From Mobula hypostoma (Eukaryota), in the NCBI RefSeq assembly GCF_963921235.1, contig NC_086119.1, forward strand, positions 42,098,001 through 42,162,000: a stretch of DNA of 64,000 bases, written 5' to 3'. The stretch's first letter is position 1. Every line of letters begins with the position of its first letter. Both the position numbers and the translations under genes were made by a program. The notes below the pieces were generated by a model, which worked only from the letters and a program-made list of their open reading frames with translations, searched no databases and was not told the DNA's origin. Of this stretch, positions 1 to 14,257 are shown one piece after another.

Positions 1-999
1 TATTTCCTACAGCAAAATTGGCTGATATGTTTTATGGTCTTCAGCATTACTCTTGTTTTTGATCTAGCTTTGAATTGTGAAAATTGGTCAGACATGGTTT
101 GAACCTTTTGCTTAGATATATTTGGCAAGAAAAGAAATTACTTCCTAGATCTCATTTAGTTTTATGGATGAAGGTAGGAAATCATATTTGAGAGTAGTAA
201 AACGTTTAAGTTTTATATATTTTCCTTGAGTCAGTCGATTGGATGCCTGTCAGTAGATAAAGAACAAGGTTGTACAGGAGAAAGTGATTAGGTGGAAAGA
301 CCAGTACAGATGGGCATGGGTTAGGATGATAATCTAGCTAAAATTTCTGAAGAGACTTGCATTTTGCTGTGTTCCTCCATTTTGTATGCTTTGCTTTTTG
401 ATTGCATCTTTCATGTCCCTTTTCAGGACATTAAAGAGTATATTACAACCAGTTAAGTACTTTTTGAAGTTGGACTATGTAATGCAGGAAGTAGAACTAA
501 TTTTTCTTCAGCTTGTTTGACAACCATGACTGAGAGGCATTTTGTATAATAGTGTTGAATGAGGGCTAAGTACTGGTCCACACACTGGGCACTATCCTCT
601 GGCACTGTATCAGAATAATGCCTTGGCATTCTTTAAACCTATCTGGGCAAGTAGGACCTTGCTTAAGCAGCAACTTCGGGACTTTCCACAGTGCATTGAT
701 CCATTGTGCCTTCATAGATTGATAGTTGTAACCTCTTTCAATGGAATCAGGAAATACTCTTAGCTGGCCTGATTTTCAGTTATTTGGCACTAATATTAAA
801 ACTAAATAAGCTACCTGTATATATTTTGTGAATACACGATGTTTTAACCTCTAATATTTTAAAACACTAACCATAATCATGTATGTTTTAATTAAAGTCT
901 TGTACAATACACATAAAGTTAGTTTTGTTTCTTGCATGTGTGCCTGTAAGAATTCTTGCATGTAAATAGCTTAAATCATTTAAGACTGGTATGGCTGGT

Positions 1000-1415
1000 T
1001 TGGAAATGCAGCTGTAGTACATGGGAGTTTTGGGATGCATGTAAGCACATCTTCAGTAAATGTCTGAAGTTAGAGGAACTTCACCTCAGAGTTAATGAAC
1101 TGGAATCTGATGTTCAAGCTCTGCATCAAGAAGTTACTTGAAGGTTGCCTGGGCACGTTGTTACAAGAGGCATTCATTACTTTTTCACCCAGAGAGTTGT
1201 GGATCTGTGGAATGCTCTGTCTCAGAAGGCAGTAGAGGCCAATTCTCTGGATGCTTTCAAGAAAGAGTTAGATAGAGCTCTTAATGATAACGGAGTCAAG
1301 GGACATAGGGAGAAGGCAGGAACGGGGTACTGATTGTGGATGATCAGCCATGATCACAGTGAATGGCGGTGCTGGCTCGAAGGGCCGACTGGCCTACTCC
1401 TGCACCTGTTGTCTA
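1000..1415 (+). mobile_element. CR1 LINE fragments (ORF1 zf/lz-like piece adjoining ORF2 C-terminus and 3' tail)
   Basis: CSCSTWE...KCLKLEELHLRVNELE resembles the CR1 ORF1 N-terminus; FFTQRVVDLWNAL...FKKELD is the CR1 ORF2 C-terminus; tail gatcagccatga...ggcctactcctg. Confidence 0.8.
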
Positions 1416-1924
1416 TAACACTAAGATTTGTCTTGCCAAAAGGGTGGTGGAGGTGGAGAGAATAAGTATAAGTGAGATGGAAATGGGTTTCTGCAGGAAG
1501 CATTTAAGAAACTCAATCCTTGGACCTATCCATCAGGTATCAAGTTCTTGTAGCCTATGTGTATGAGAGCAGTCTGAAGGGTGGATGAATAAACTGGCCT
1601 TTGGCTCAGAGAAGCAAAGTGCATCTTGGCACCCCCCTATGTTGCTGATGTCATGTAGCTGAACATGGCATAGGAACTGACCGTGGCTTTCTATTCTGTG
1701 TCTTGGCATTTTTATCAATTAGTGTTTCTATGCAATGCACTAATAGAGCATTATGTATGACAATTTACCATGATATAATGCAATCAGAATCTCCTACTGC
1801 TCCATCCTTCACCTGCATCTGGATAAATATGACGCATGGTTGTTTTGTTTCTGCCTGTGTACACAGAGATTGAAGAGGATTATGAAGAATTGATAGAAGC
1901 AGAGGAGCAGATCTGGAATTGCTT

Positions 1925-3720
1925 TGAGTCAGTTGACTGAAATGTGCTTGGGAACTTGTAAGCAGAGCTAAATGAATATGGCACAATCTTCACTGACTTC
2001 ATCAGGACATGCATGGGTTACTGTTTACCTGCAGAACTTTGAGCTTTCCCTAACCAGAAGCCATGGATGAACCAGGCGATTCATAATTAGCTGAGGGCCA
2101 GGTTTGTGGCGTTTAGGACTAGTGCCTCAGAATTATACAGGAAGTCCAGGCATGACCTCTGAAGGCGATTATGGACACAGAGACAATTTCAGACTAAATT
2201 AGTATCAAACATAGATGCTCGATCGCTGTGGCAGGGCTTGCACAATATAACTTCAGATAAAGTGAAGTCAAGTATCATACGAGGCAACAAACTTCACTCC
2301 TTGGTTAGCTCACTGCCTTTTTTGCACACTTGATATGGTAACTATGACACAACCACATAAGTCTCCAATGCCCTGACCCTGTAATTTGTCTCTGAGACTG
2401 ATGTCCAGGAATCTTTAGAGGAAGAATCCACAGAAAGTATCTGGTCCAGATGAAATACCTGGCTGAGTACTAAAGACCAGTGTGGACCCACGGGCTAGAG
2501 TATTAACAGACATATTCAACCTTGTCTGATGTTGCCATTTATTTCAAAGAGGCATCTATTGTAGCAGTGCCCAAGCAGATCTTGGTGACCTGCCTCAAAG
2601 ACTGTCATCCTGTGGCACTGACATCAACTGTAATGAAAGGCCTTAGGAAGTTGGTTACGGCACTAATGAACTCATTTCTCATAGATGACCTGTATCTGCT
2701 ACAATTTGTCTAAAGCCATGATAGGTCAACAGCAGGTGCATTTTGTCTGGCTCTTCACTCTGTTCTGGGCCACCTGGACAACATGTCAGGCTGCTGTTTA
2801 TTGACTTCAACTCAACAGTAATCCCAACAATAATCATCAAGCTTTTAGACCTGGGCCTCTATCCCTCTGCAACTGAATACTTGCTCATTGGAAGACTTCA
2901 GTGAGGATTGGTAACATCTTCTCACTGACAATCAACAAAGGTGCACTTCAAGGCTGCATGCTTCGGTCCCTGCTCTTTTTACATCCATGATTGTGTGGCT
3001 AATCATGTGCTACCTTTGAATTCACTGACAGTACCACTATTGGGCAAATCACAGCTGGCAATAAGTCCAGTTTACTGGAATGAAAGAAGTCACCTGGTTT
3101 TCTGGTAATCCAAAAAACAACCTCTTGCTCAATGTCAGCAAAACTAAAGAGTTAATTGTTGACTTTAGGAAGGGAAGGGGGAGAATATGTGCCAGTTTTC
3201 ATTAGGGAATCATTGGTGGAGAAAATTAGTAGCTTTAAATTCCTGGGTGTTAACATATAGAATGACATGTCCTGGGTCCAGCACATAGATGTGATCATAA
3301 GGAAAGCACACTAGTATTTTTCCTTCCTTAGGAGGTTAAGGAGGCTTGGCTTATCATCAACCATTCTGATGAACTTCTACAGATATGCTGTTGAAAGTAT
3401 CCATACTCATTGCATCATGGTCTTTCATAGCATTTTGAATGTGCAGGAATGCAAGAAACTGCAGAGCGCAGTGGACTTGCTCAGTATATCACAGGTGCAT
3501 CACCTTCCACCATTGATAGTATTTACAGGTGTCCTGCCCTCAAGAAGGCAATATCTGTCATCAAAATCCCCACCCCCCACCCCCCAATCTGGGCAATGTC
3601 ATTTTCTCATAGCTTCCACTGGGCAAGAAGTACAGAAGTCTGAAGTCACATCATAGGTTCAAAAACAGCTGCTTTCCTTCAGATATTTGTTTCTTACCAG
3701 CTAGTAAAACCCAAATCACT
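1925..3720 (+). mobile_element. Degenerate Rex1/Babar-type LINE
   Basis: FPNQKPWMN, FKEASIVAVPK..CLKDCHPVALTSTVMK, NLLLNVSKTKELIVDFR and NFYRYAVESI motifs; many stops and frameshifts. Confidence 0.8.
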
Positions 3721-3809
3721 ACAATTTAGCAACACATTTTTAACTATTTTGTTCTAAGATTTTTTTCTTTGCCTTAGTTTTCTTGTTTAAAAGAAATGTA
3801 TAATTTCTA

Positions 3810-3940
3810 AACACAAGATTCTGCAGGTGTTAGAAATTCAGAGTAACACAAACAATATGCTGGAGAAACTCTGACCAGGCAGCATCTGTGGAAATGAATC
3901 AACAGTGGATGTTTCGGGCTTAGATGAAGTCCTGATGAAG
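3810..3940 (-). mobile_element. Penelope terminal-repeat fragment
   Basis: atgctggagaaactc...gcagcatctgtgga...gatgtttcggg matches the ends of the Penelope copies at 14258 and 15205. Confidence 0.6.
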
Positions 3941-3944
3941 GTAC

Positions 3945-4440
3945 AGCAAGCACATGAAGGTAGTGTAAGAGAAGGAAAAAACAATGCAGAATATAATATT
4001 GGAGTTACACAAAGCGTACTGTAGTTAGACAAATGCAGTGCAAGGGCCATGATGAATTAGACTGAAAAATCAAGATTTCATCTTTAGCTATAATGGGTCT
4101 GTTCAAGAATCTTCTAAGTACAATAGAAGCTGTCCTTGAGCCAGGCAGTATGTGTTGTCAGACTTTTTTGTCTTTTACTGAACACAGTGGGTGAGGGGCA
4201 GGAAGAGAATGATTGGGGTGGAAAGGGTCTTGATTTTGTTGGCTGCTCTTTGTAAAGCAGTGGGAAGTGTAGACAGAGACAATGGAGGGTAAGCTGGTTT
4301 TCATGATGGATTAGAATACTTTCACAAATCCGCAATTTTTTGTGATCTTGGGCTGAGCGGTTGCCGTACCAAACTGATGTATTCAGATCAGGTAATTTCT
4401 ATGTTGCGCTTCTAAAAATTGGTGAGAGACGTGGATTTCC
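3945..4440 (-). mobile_element. Rex1/Babar 3' fragment
   Basis: Similar in reverse to the 3' parts of other Rex/Babar copies (e.g. 45925-46752). Confidence 0.55.
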
Positions 4441-4599
4441 TCACACATCTTGGAGGTCGTAATTTTATTTCACAGGGGTTAGTGTATCATCACAACGTAA
4501 TTGAGGGAGTTCTTAAAAAAAAAAGCATTGTCACTTTTGTAAAGTTTAACTTTCCTTAAAGTGCCATAATATTAAAGTGGAAGAATACATGCATCCAGA

Positions 4600-5600
4600 C
4601 AGAGCTTAATCTACTCTTGGGGAAATAGACAAGTAATTGAGGTCACAGTGGGAGAGCACTTTGGGACCAGTGACCATAGTTCTATTAGTTTAAATATAGT
4701 TGTGGAAGGGAACAGATCTGGAAGTTACCTTTGAGTTTTGAAATGAAGCAAGATGAATTTTGACGTATTAGACAGAAGCTTGATTGGGCTAAGTTTGTGG
4801 GTATAAGCACCTTTGGCAAGTGGGTTTATAAAAGTGAGATGCCAGGAGTTCAAGGACTACATGCTCCTCAAGCTAAAAGGCAAAGCTGCTGGGAGTTGAG
4901 AATCCTGCATGTCAAGGAATTTTGTAACTGGTCAAGAAAAGAAGGTGGCTTGGGTCAAATTCGGCTGCTAGGATCAAGTGAATCACTGACATAAATGGTG
5001 AAGTGTAGCAAGAATTGCAACAGGATTACAATAATCTGGGTAGGTGGGCTGAGGAGTTTCACATGGAGTTTAATTAGGAGATTATGTTTCATTTGTACAA
5101 GGCGTTGCTAAGGCTATAGAATATTGTGTTCAGTTTTGGCACCCTGTTATAGAAAGGCTGTAGTAAAACAGGAAAGAGTGCAAGAAAAGTTTACAAGGAT
5201 GTTGCCAGGACTTAAGGAATGAGTTTTAGGGAGACTTCAGACAGGAATGGCATTTATTCATTGGGGCATAGAGGTATATAAAATCACTAGGGGCATAGGT
5301 AAGTGTTTTAATTATCCATGGTGGGGAATTGAAAACTAGAAGGCCAGTTTTAAGGTTAGAGGTGGTATGTTCCATTTATATACTACCTATTCCTTTTTTA
5401 TTTAACAGGTGGTAGATATATGGAACAAGATGTTAGGGAAGTGCTTTAGCCAGTTATGTTTGGTAGATTTAAATATGTGGACTGGGATATTAATGACAAG
5501 TTTAAAGAAATGGGGCCAAACATTGGGAAATGCGATTAGCTTGAATATGCACTTTAGTCAGCATGGATATGTATAGGACCTTTTTCATGCTCTATGATTC
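4600..5600 (+). mobile_element. Old CR1 fragments
   Basis: GEHFGTSDH (endonuclease end), EYCVQFWHP and ERVQEKFTRMLPGL remnants. Confidence 0.65.
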
Positions 5601-6109
5601 TGAATGGAATGTGCATATTGTGTGGATTTTTCTTGTGCTCTGGCTTCCTGTGATGAGGGTTAATTGGCTATTGTAAATGGACTATTTGTGTGTTGAGGAT
5701 TAGGGGAAGGATGGTAGGTGAGTCTGGATGAATTGATGGATGTGAAAGAATAGTTCATTGGGGAAATCAAAATAATGGGAACATGTTGATAGCCAGCATA
5801 GAGTTCCAGGGCTAAATAGTGGCCACCTTTGTCTTTAAAAAAAAAACACTTGGATAAAGTGCAGCACTAGCATTTGGAGCTCTTTCAGTTAGAGGATAAA
5901 CAACAAATGTGGTAATAAGGTATAGATTAGTTAAGGCTATATAATAAAACTCTTAAATTGACATATTTGAGATTTTACTGAACTGGCTTGTATTCCATAT
6001 TACTTATTATATTTCTTTGCCTGAACAGTTTTATAATACATTTTTTGTTATGTTACACTATACTACCATAAATTTTCCATTATACTCATTAAGTTTCAAG
6101 GAGTGTCAG

Positions 6110-6750
6110 AGCCATTCCATGTGAAAGCAGGCCCTTCAGCTCAACTGTTCCATGTCTAATCTAGGCCTATTTCCTTCTAAACCTTTATCTGTTTGCCTGT
6201 CCAACTGTCTTTTAAATGTTATGTACTTGCCTCAACCACTTCAACTGGCAGCTTATTCCATATTTGGGCCGATCTGGGGGTAAAAATGTTGCCTTGTGTT
6301 CCTATTAAATATTCCCCCCCCCCCAATACTAAATCAGGGGCTCCCAATCTCTTAATGGTATTGGTCCACGGCATAAAAAGGTTGGGAACCCCTGGTCTAA
6401 CTCTGTCCTTTAGTCACTCATTTCCTAACCTTAGGTGGCAGATTGTGTGTGTATTGACTTTGTGTCCCTTCTGATTTTATACATATCTATAAGGTCCCCT
6501 CGTTCTCTTATGCTCTGTTGAATAAAGTTTCAATGTCTCTCCACAACTCAGTCCCTCAAGTTCCAGCAGCATCCTTGTAAATCTTCTCTGCATTCTTTAC
6601 TGCTTAATGGTATCTTTCCTGGCTGGGTGACCAAAACTGAACAGAATATGCCAAATAGATTTGCAGCATCTTGTACAACTGCAAAATACCATCCCAACTT
6701 CCATATGACTAATGAATCCAAAAGCTGCCTTTACCACCAGCATCTTTCTC
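6110..6750 (-). mobile_element. Old CR1 3' fragment
   Basis: Reverse strand gives a VQFWSP...KDTIK remnant and a CR1-like tail (ggcccttcagctca). Confidence 0.6.
6335..6394. mobile_element. 60-bp hAT (Charlie-type) MITE
   Basis: TIRs caggggctcccaa / ttgggaacccctg; degenerate 8-bp flanks tactaaat/gtctaact. Confidence 0.65.
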
Positions 6751-7435
6751 ATGTTTGATTGGCTTCACTTCCCTGTCTACCTGTGGCTAGAACTGGGGTC
6801 CTGGTTAGTTTGAGGAGTATATGAAAAAAGATTACCTGGTGAATCATGTGCTGAATCATTACATTTCTACCCTGTGAGAATCAAATGTAAGAGCATCTCA
6901 AAGTTGGGAGGAACGTGGAGGGAAACGATGAGGTTATTGTAGTCCATGTGAGGATCAGCAACACCTGACAAAAGCATTTCTACTGAAGTGATATAAACAG
7001 CTACTGTCTTAATATTTTTTAAAAAAAGAAACAGGGTCACAGACCGGAATTGTGCTTATTACTACCTGAGTCAGTAGAGATGAGTGAATTGATGTTGGTG
7101 TGGCAGAAATGTATCTTCTGAGAAAGGAGGGAGCTTCTCCTTCGTGACAGGTTACACCTGAATTAAACTGGGGCCAGTGTCATAGCAAGTCAAATAGCTA
7201 AGGGTGTAAGCAGGCCTTCTGATTTGTTGGTGAGGGAGGGGCAGGGGTTTTGGGGGAGGGCCTGGTGGGCCTTGGAATTCTGTGTGGATGTTTAAAAAGT
7301 TAAATCTAAAGTGCAAGGTATCAAATGGATAATATTTAGTCTGTGGAAGGGATAATGAATTCAAACATAGATGCAATTTGTCTGTAAGAAAATAATTACA
7401 TAAAGGTATAATTGAAGTTGCTATCTCTATACCCA

Positions 7436-8095
7436 CTGTGTACATACATCTACTAATGCCTCTAGACACATCTTCAGTGATGTTTATGGAATCATCGGGT
7501 GTTCGGGTCTTTCAACATCATGTACCCTTCTCCAGGTGACCCAGCCGGGGCTGATCAGACCCCAGCTTGTGTCCAGATGGCTAGCCACTTATGACTCCAT
7601 GGCACCCCTGTTTAGAGCCACAGCCATCTTGAGGCCCTCTCTGCCACATCGGTGGTACTGCGGATGGCTCTCCTCTTGCTCTCTCCCTCGATGCCCAAAT
7701 TGCAGAAGGCTCTAGCTAAGGAACGGGCTGCGAATCCCCTACAACCAACCTCCACTGGGTTGTCATGGCTTGTAGCTTCCTATCGACCCCTCCCTTCGCC
7801 GTTGCCTCCAGAATTTGGTTGACATCTTCATCAAACTGCTTCCACAGTGAAATCATGTTAGCTGCAGGCCATTTGATCCGCCTCCTGTTAGACTTGATGT
7901 TAGAGGGATTAGTTTCCAACACTTGGATATTCCGGGCACTATGGGTGACTCTGGACCTGGCATCTCCTTCGTCTCACTAGGTTGGACACCCGCGTGTTAT
8001 GCTGCTCCTGCTCCCGCCAGACATTTCATCCTCGCTTGTTGGATCTTCAAGCCACGATTGTTCTTGCAGATTTTGCCACATGCACACTGCTTTCT
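7436..8095 (-). mobile_element. Internally deleted non-autonomous Hero (R2-like) retroelement
   Basis: 7436-7759 aligns to 28940-29265 and 7759-8095 aligns to ~31833-32170 of the long copy. Confidence 0.92.
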
Positions 8096-9844
8096 ATTTG
8101 TAACAATATGGGTGAATTAATAGCATGTATAGAATAGAAATAAATGAGTATATTCTGATAACTATTAGAGATTTCGTTCTAATTTGACCTTGATGTAAAA
8201 GAATGCAATAAAGGAAGTGGAGAGGAAGGATCTTAACTTGGAAAGTAAAGTAAATTCAGTTTGTGTCAAAAAAGAAAGAAGAGACAAAATGTTAGTGAAA
8301 GTTGCACGAAGGCTGAATTTGTGCAACTTCCATCAACTGCAGATGCTCGAAATCTTTGGGGGTGGGGGAAGGATTTGGTTTGACAGTATCAATGAACTGA
8401 GAATGTGTTTCAGATCAGTGATTCTCAGCAGAATGGGACAATTTAGAAGAAAAGCATTTGCAGAGAAAATAATTGTGATGGGGTGCAGAATGGAGAGATT
8501 AGAACCCTTGGGGTTAAGTTTTGAATTTAGCAATTTCAGGTAATAAGCTTTTTCTCAGAATTTACAAGATACTTGTTTTATTTCATTCATATGTAGCTTT
8601 TCTATCTATCTCCTGGAATTTAAAACAATTATCAGGAATTGAAGGGAAATTTGATCAGCTGGTTAAATGGGCTGCTAAATGCCAATGCAGTTTAAATTGA
8701 CACAGGCAATTGACACAGAAAGAAGAATATGAGATTAGTTTCTGGAGATTGAAATGTAGGAAATGGTACCCCATTAAAGAAAGGAAAGAATGAGGAACTG
8801 CAGTTAAAACAAGGCAGTGTTTCTTTTTTGTTTCCTTGTATGCTGTTCCTCACTAAGATCAGGCGAAACAATTTTTTTGAACAGTTAGATGGATGCTGGC
8901 TTCCTTCTGAGAGAACCCTTTCTACCTACAGCCTCTGCCTCTTTCTTCACCCCTCCCCCCCCCATGCCCATGATCTTCAGTAGGTCCATTGCAACTGAAA
9001 TAATGGAAAGCACTAAAGACTACAGCATCAATCAAATAGCCAGAGAAGATGTAAGGTGGAATATTAAGCTTCTATAGTGGTAGATTGGGTATTAAATTGA
9101 GATGATCTACCATCTCATTACAGGACATTATCTGAATGTAATTGAGCCTTCACTGTTCTAGCATTCAGCACAGTTTGCAGCAGCTCTGTATTTTGGTACC
9201 TGAAGCACCCAAATAGCATACTGTATAAAATGCCATTTTATCCTCCTAGTGTTTAAATAGTGTTTAGTCTTCAATAACTTTAATTAGGTAGTAGAGGAAG
9301 AATAGGGAATGTAGTTTTTATGTGGCTTTCACAAAGCAGTAAATATAGCAGAGGTGAGGAAAGGGCAAAAGAGACACTTTGCAATTGTGTTCTGACAAAT
9401 TAGTTTCTTTGGTTTCTTAGATTCTAGTAATTTTGCAGCCTGTTCTGCTTTCAAATTTCAAAATGAGTACTTCAGTTTGCAGTTTTCCAATGAAGTATTA
9501 TGCATTGTAATAATATTTCTGCTATCACATTTTAACACTGTAGTAATTTAATAGTCATGTATATGCAAATAATTAAATTTCAGGAACTCTTAATTACCAG
9601 TGTCCATTTATAATCTGCAAAATAAATTTGAATCTGAAAAGTAATTTCATTTCACAGGAACAAAAATAAAAGTGACAATACTGGAATTACTTAGATTTTA
9701 TAGATTTAATAAATAATAGGTGCTTTCCAGATATTATGATCCAATGCTCCTGAGTAAATTGTGTACATTTATGAATTTTTTTCCCCTTCCAAAACTAAGG
9801 TGTATTAGTATAAATCTTCTGTAGCAGAGTAAACTGGTGTGAAC

Positions 9845-10708
9845 TGTCACATGACCAGCAACAATGAATTTAGAATTGAGTCAGGTTTAAAAAAACAAAC
9901 ATAAACATTTATTAAACTCTGCTCAACAATAGCAGAAAGTATTCAACCGACTAACTTAACCGGAAGTTAACTGCTATACGGCAAATGTGGAACAGTTCTT
10001 AAAGTGGTAAATTTGAACACAGTCCTGAAAGTGGTAAATTTGACAGTCTAAGTGATTTACACAGTCAATAAGGAGAGACTTCTCTGGAAATGGATTTCTT
10101 CGAAGATGTGACATTGCTGCTGATTCTCCAAAGGATTCACGACGAAGGAAATAAAAGGGCTTAAAGGAACTGACCTTTTCCTGGCGAATGATCACTGCAA
10201 AAACCTTCCTGATATTACAGGGGTTATCTCAGATGCAGGCCACTTTCTGAACCAAGATTCTATCAGGTCAATCCTTTATGAAACCGCCAAACGACACCAA
10301 CTTTACTCAATCCTTCGGGTTCCTGTACTTTAGTAAGATCTTCACTCTCCAATACTAGACTGTGAAGGTAAATCAAAGATACCCCAAACAAAGCTAGCAG
10401 CGATTGATGAAACTGCCGGCACAATGATTTTACCTTACAGTAGAAAGTGAAGCTCCACTTTAAAACGAAACTGCGTTGTGAGATGAATACACAGCATAAC
10501 AGAGTAACTGACGAATTAAACAACGAATTGACTGCGTAACTGCAGGGTTTCCAGTTATATACCTGTTGAGAACATGTCATCACGTGACCTCACACTGGCC
10601 GGAAAATTACATCACCCCACCTTCACAAGTCTTTACATCATGCTCACAAGATACTCAATTACATCATGGTCATAAGACAGTCACCAGATACCCACAAGGT
10701 ATGTAACG
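9845..10708 (-). mobile_element. Solo LTR (Gypsy-like)
   Basis: Termini tgtcac...gtaacg; near-TSD gaac/aaac; reverse AATAAA near 9908; internal ~27-bp duplication containing aaagtggtaaatttga. Confidence 0.7.
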
Positions 10709-11324
10709 AAACTTTTTTTTTCTGGTTTTGGTGAATGTGTTAAAATGAAGACCGCTGGTTTTTAAAAAAAAATGCTTTATGAAATATGGGCCGATTTAAA
10801 GGATGCCTTGGATCTCATGAGTAACATCATTGCCACTTTTCCAGTTGAAAACATCTTTGTGTGGAAGCATTTGGGTAAAGCAATAGTAAAATCAAAGGCA
10901 ACATTGATTTCAGCATGTACATACCTAACAAGAATAGGGATAATTTCTTTGAATTATAATGAGATTTTTGCTTTGATGGCTTATTATGTGGAGTCTTGTA
11001 GAAACTTCAGGGATAGTTTAAGGATATCATAATTAATGTGGTTGTACAGGTAACACTTGGCTCTTACCTAGTTTGATCCTGATCCATAAATTCTGTTCGT
11101 GTGGACTTTGTGTTTTTCCCCTGTAAATGCGTGCGTTTTCATTAGGTGTTCAGCTTTCCTCCTGTCTTCTGAAGATGTTCTGGTACTTTGGATGCAGTAA
11201 TACTGTGCAATGAAAGCTAATTAAGCAGACAGTAGAGGAAAGATGATAGATTGGAGGCTTGAGTTGGAGACATTGAAATTTTGGTTTCTATAAAAATTAA
11301 ATTTTGAATTGCAGTTACTTAGAT

Positions 11325-11604
11325 CATTGGTTCTCAACTTTTGTGCCTGACCTTCTTGAAGGTAGCAAGAGGATGTGTACCAAAGACTAAATGGGTCTGT
11401 GAGACTATAGCAAATGAAGTAAATCAGGTAAAGTTTCTGGATGAAAAACGATATACAAGGCACTAATGCTGCTCTTGTCATAGAAGTTCCCAGTACAAAC
11501 TCCTTAAAAGTAACAGCCCATGACATGATTGAACATTTATGGTGGGTACGTATGTTCTTGCATATGAGCGAGTTGTGTTTTTATTCAAAAGTTGGGAACC
11601 ATTG
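11325..11604. mobile_element. Old hAT-type MITE
   Basis: TIRs cattggttctcaacttttg / caaaagttgggaaccattg. Confidence 0.6.
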
Positions 11605-14257
11605 AATTGAAACATTAGAAGTTGGAAATATTGAAGTTAGCAATGAAAAGTTGCAATGTTAAAGCAGGACTAGAATTTAAGAACGTGGCTGAGATGGCCT
11701 AGTCACGGTTAAGTTGGAGAAGGTTGTAGAATCTTCGAGCCTTGATGTGAATATGGTTTCTTAATGATCTAAAAGTGGTCACGCTGAGGTTAAAGCTGAT
11801 ACTGTTAGAATAGCTGGAGTCTGCAGAGTTTAAAAAAAAATCAATTACTCAGTAAACCAGGCAGCATCAGTGGAAAGAGAAGGAGATGATGTCTCGTATT
11901 ATTTACTGGCATCTGCTGTACTGGAGTTTTCTTAGTTATAGAACACCTGTCTTTCAGAAATCTGACTTCATGCAAATTTGAAAAATTCTTCAAAGATTTC
12001 GATGTGAACATTAGCCTAACAAATAAAATTCAAATAATAAAATGTTGTGATGTTCATAACTAGATTCAGTGTATGACCAATTAGTTTAATTATGGGTAGT
12101 GTTGGAGTGAACATGGAAGATGTATTTAAAATGTGCATATTACATGAAGTGTATGCAGAGAGCTGAGGGGGAAGCTGTAGAAAATTGTTGACAGTATGAT
12201 GCATTACTGAGAGAAAATACGGTAGTCAGGAAGGGAAGTTTCACCTATTTCACCCAGAGTTTTTATCTTGGTTTTTGCGAAAATTGTGACTAATGGAAAA
12301 GTTGGTTAGGAACAGTTTTCAGTGACAAAAATCTTCCCTAAACCTGGGACTGCTACTTTGATTTTATAGCTGATATTATGGATTAGGTTCTACTGATTTG
12401 ACTCAGCTCACATATATCTGACTGCTTGCAGTTTACTGGTCTGGATGCAGAGAGATGACTGTGATAGACTTGTATATCCTAGTGAAAATACTCTTCCAGT
12501 ACCTTCACTGGCAATGTAGAAAAAGCTGTGATTGGCAGTGAAATAGAGTTGGAACAATCTGGCATTTAAACTAAGGTACCATGGTTTGCTAGTGGATATC
12601 AGCAGAAGCAGAATTGTATAATCTTATGGTCTGGAACTTTGTGCAGTATGCTATTCTCAGTAGGTCAGGTGCTTGTTTTTCTGCATTTCTTAATATCAAA
12701 GGCAATCACTATCACCTGCCTTCTTGAATGTTTGAGCCAAAGCTACGTTCAGATGTGGAACAGAGGTTCAGAGAGAAACAGGTTGAACACCAGGAGATTA
12801 ATGACAGCTCTGATTCAAGTCAAAGAACTTGCATCACAAAGGAAGAAAAATACTAACCAATCGGCTTTTAAATTTTGAAGAAGATGGGATGGGAATTGAA
12901 TTTAGAGACATGAAGGAAATGTGTATATTAAAGTTCTAGCATTTAAATGACCAAGTAAGAGTAAAGTGGTTAAGGGATTTGTAAATATGAAATATAAGCC
13001 TAAAGGGAATGTAAATAGCGGCAGACAAATTTATTCCTGAAATTATCAGAAGAATGCTATGGGATTGTATGGCTCTTACTAACTTGCTGTAATTTTGGAA
13101 ACCTCAATTTCTCTTCAGCTTTAGAGTAAAGATAAAACTTCAGTCAGTTTGTGTGCAGTTTATCTAGACGTAAACTGACTGATGGAAAATAGTGTCTGTA
13201 TCCAGTTGCATATGCTTTATTTCAGTCTAAGTATTCCTATACATTTCTTAATGTGATTCAGGCAAGACAGTAGTATTATTAGAGAAAACCACATTTCCGT
13301 ATTTCCTTTTTGGTCAGCTGAGCTAGTGTCTTGTTCTGGAAATGAACCCCCTATCAATCTCTCATCTGAAAAATATAAGCATGGCCTAAATAAAGGGATC
13401 ACATAATTTATAATTAAACACCTGAGCACTTTGTAAGTAATTATTTTAGGAAGCTACTTTACAAAATATGGATTTGTTTAATGCAATTCATGTACTAAAT
13501 TTATTTTTTGTTTAGCACAGTTAGCTTGGGGTAGAGTTCTCAGAACCTAAAACATGGTAATACAATTGCAAAATGTTATTTAAGTTCTTTTGCAAAACTG
13601 CTTCATACATAATTAAAAGTATATGCTTTAAAAAGATGGATGTGAATTATTAGGTGTTAATCTGCAATGGAAAATGTGCTCGTATGCTAAGTTTTAAAAT
13701 CATTTTGTAAATTAATATATGCACTTTTGTTTTTCAACTATATTTAAATTAGTGGAATTTGACTGCTGCAGATGTGTTTGAAATAGAGATGATGCCAAAC
13801 TCTAATTTGCTTTGTATTTATATGGTTCAAATAATGCAGGCATAAATTTGACTCATTTAAGCCAAATGTCGTCATCATTTCTATAATAGATAAAATAATT
13901 GCAGGTTCCACAAATCTGAAAATGGAGAAAATGCCAGGACAAAGCAGTATCTCTGGGAGTGGAGTAGAGTTAATATTTTTGAATAGACACTTTTTCTATT
14001 CTGACAAAGAATCCTTGTCGTAAAACATTATCTCTATTTCTACAGTTGCTGCCTGAACTGTAGTGTTCCCACTATTTTCTGTTCATTTTGCTTTTCAAAC
14101 GTGTTGACATCTCAATATTCATTGTATTATCTTAAAGGAATAGAGTTTGCTGTTAAATGTTTCTTATGAAGAGTGAACTGAATTACTTTGAGGATGTAGA
14201 TCAGCAAAGAACAAACAGGTTTAATAATTTGTTGGGTTTAAATGAAGAAATATAACA

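Noticed and set aside
13-173. Exon-like segment (tttcctacag...AAG/gtagga)
   Set aside because: All three frames contain stops and there is no other support; it could only be a UTR or terminal exon
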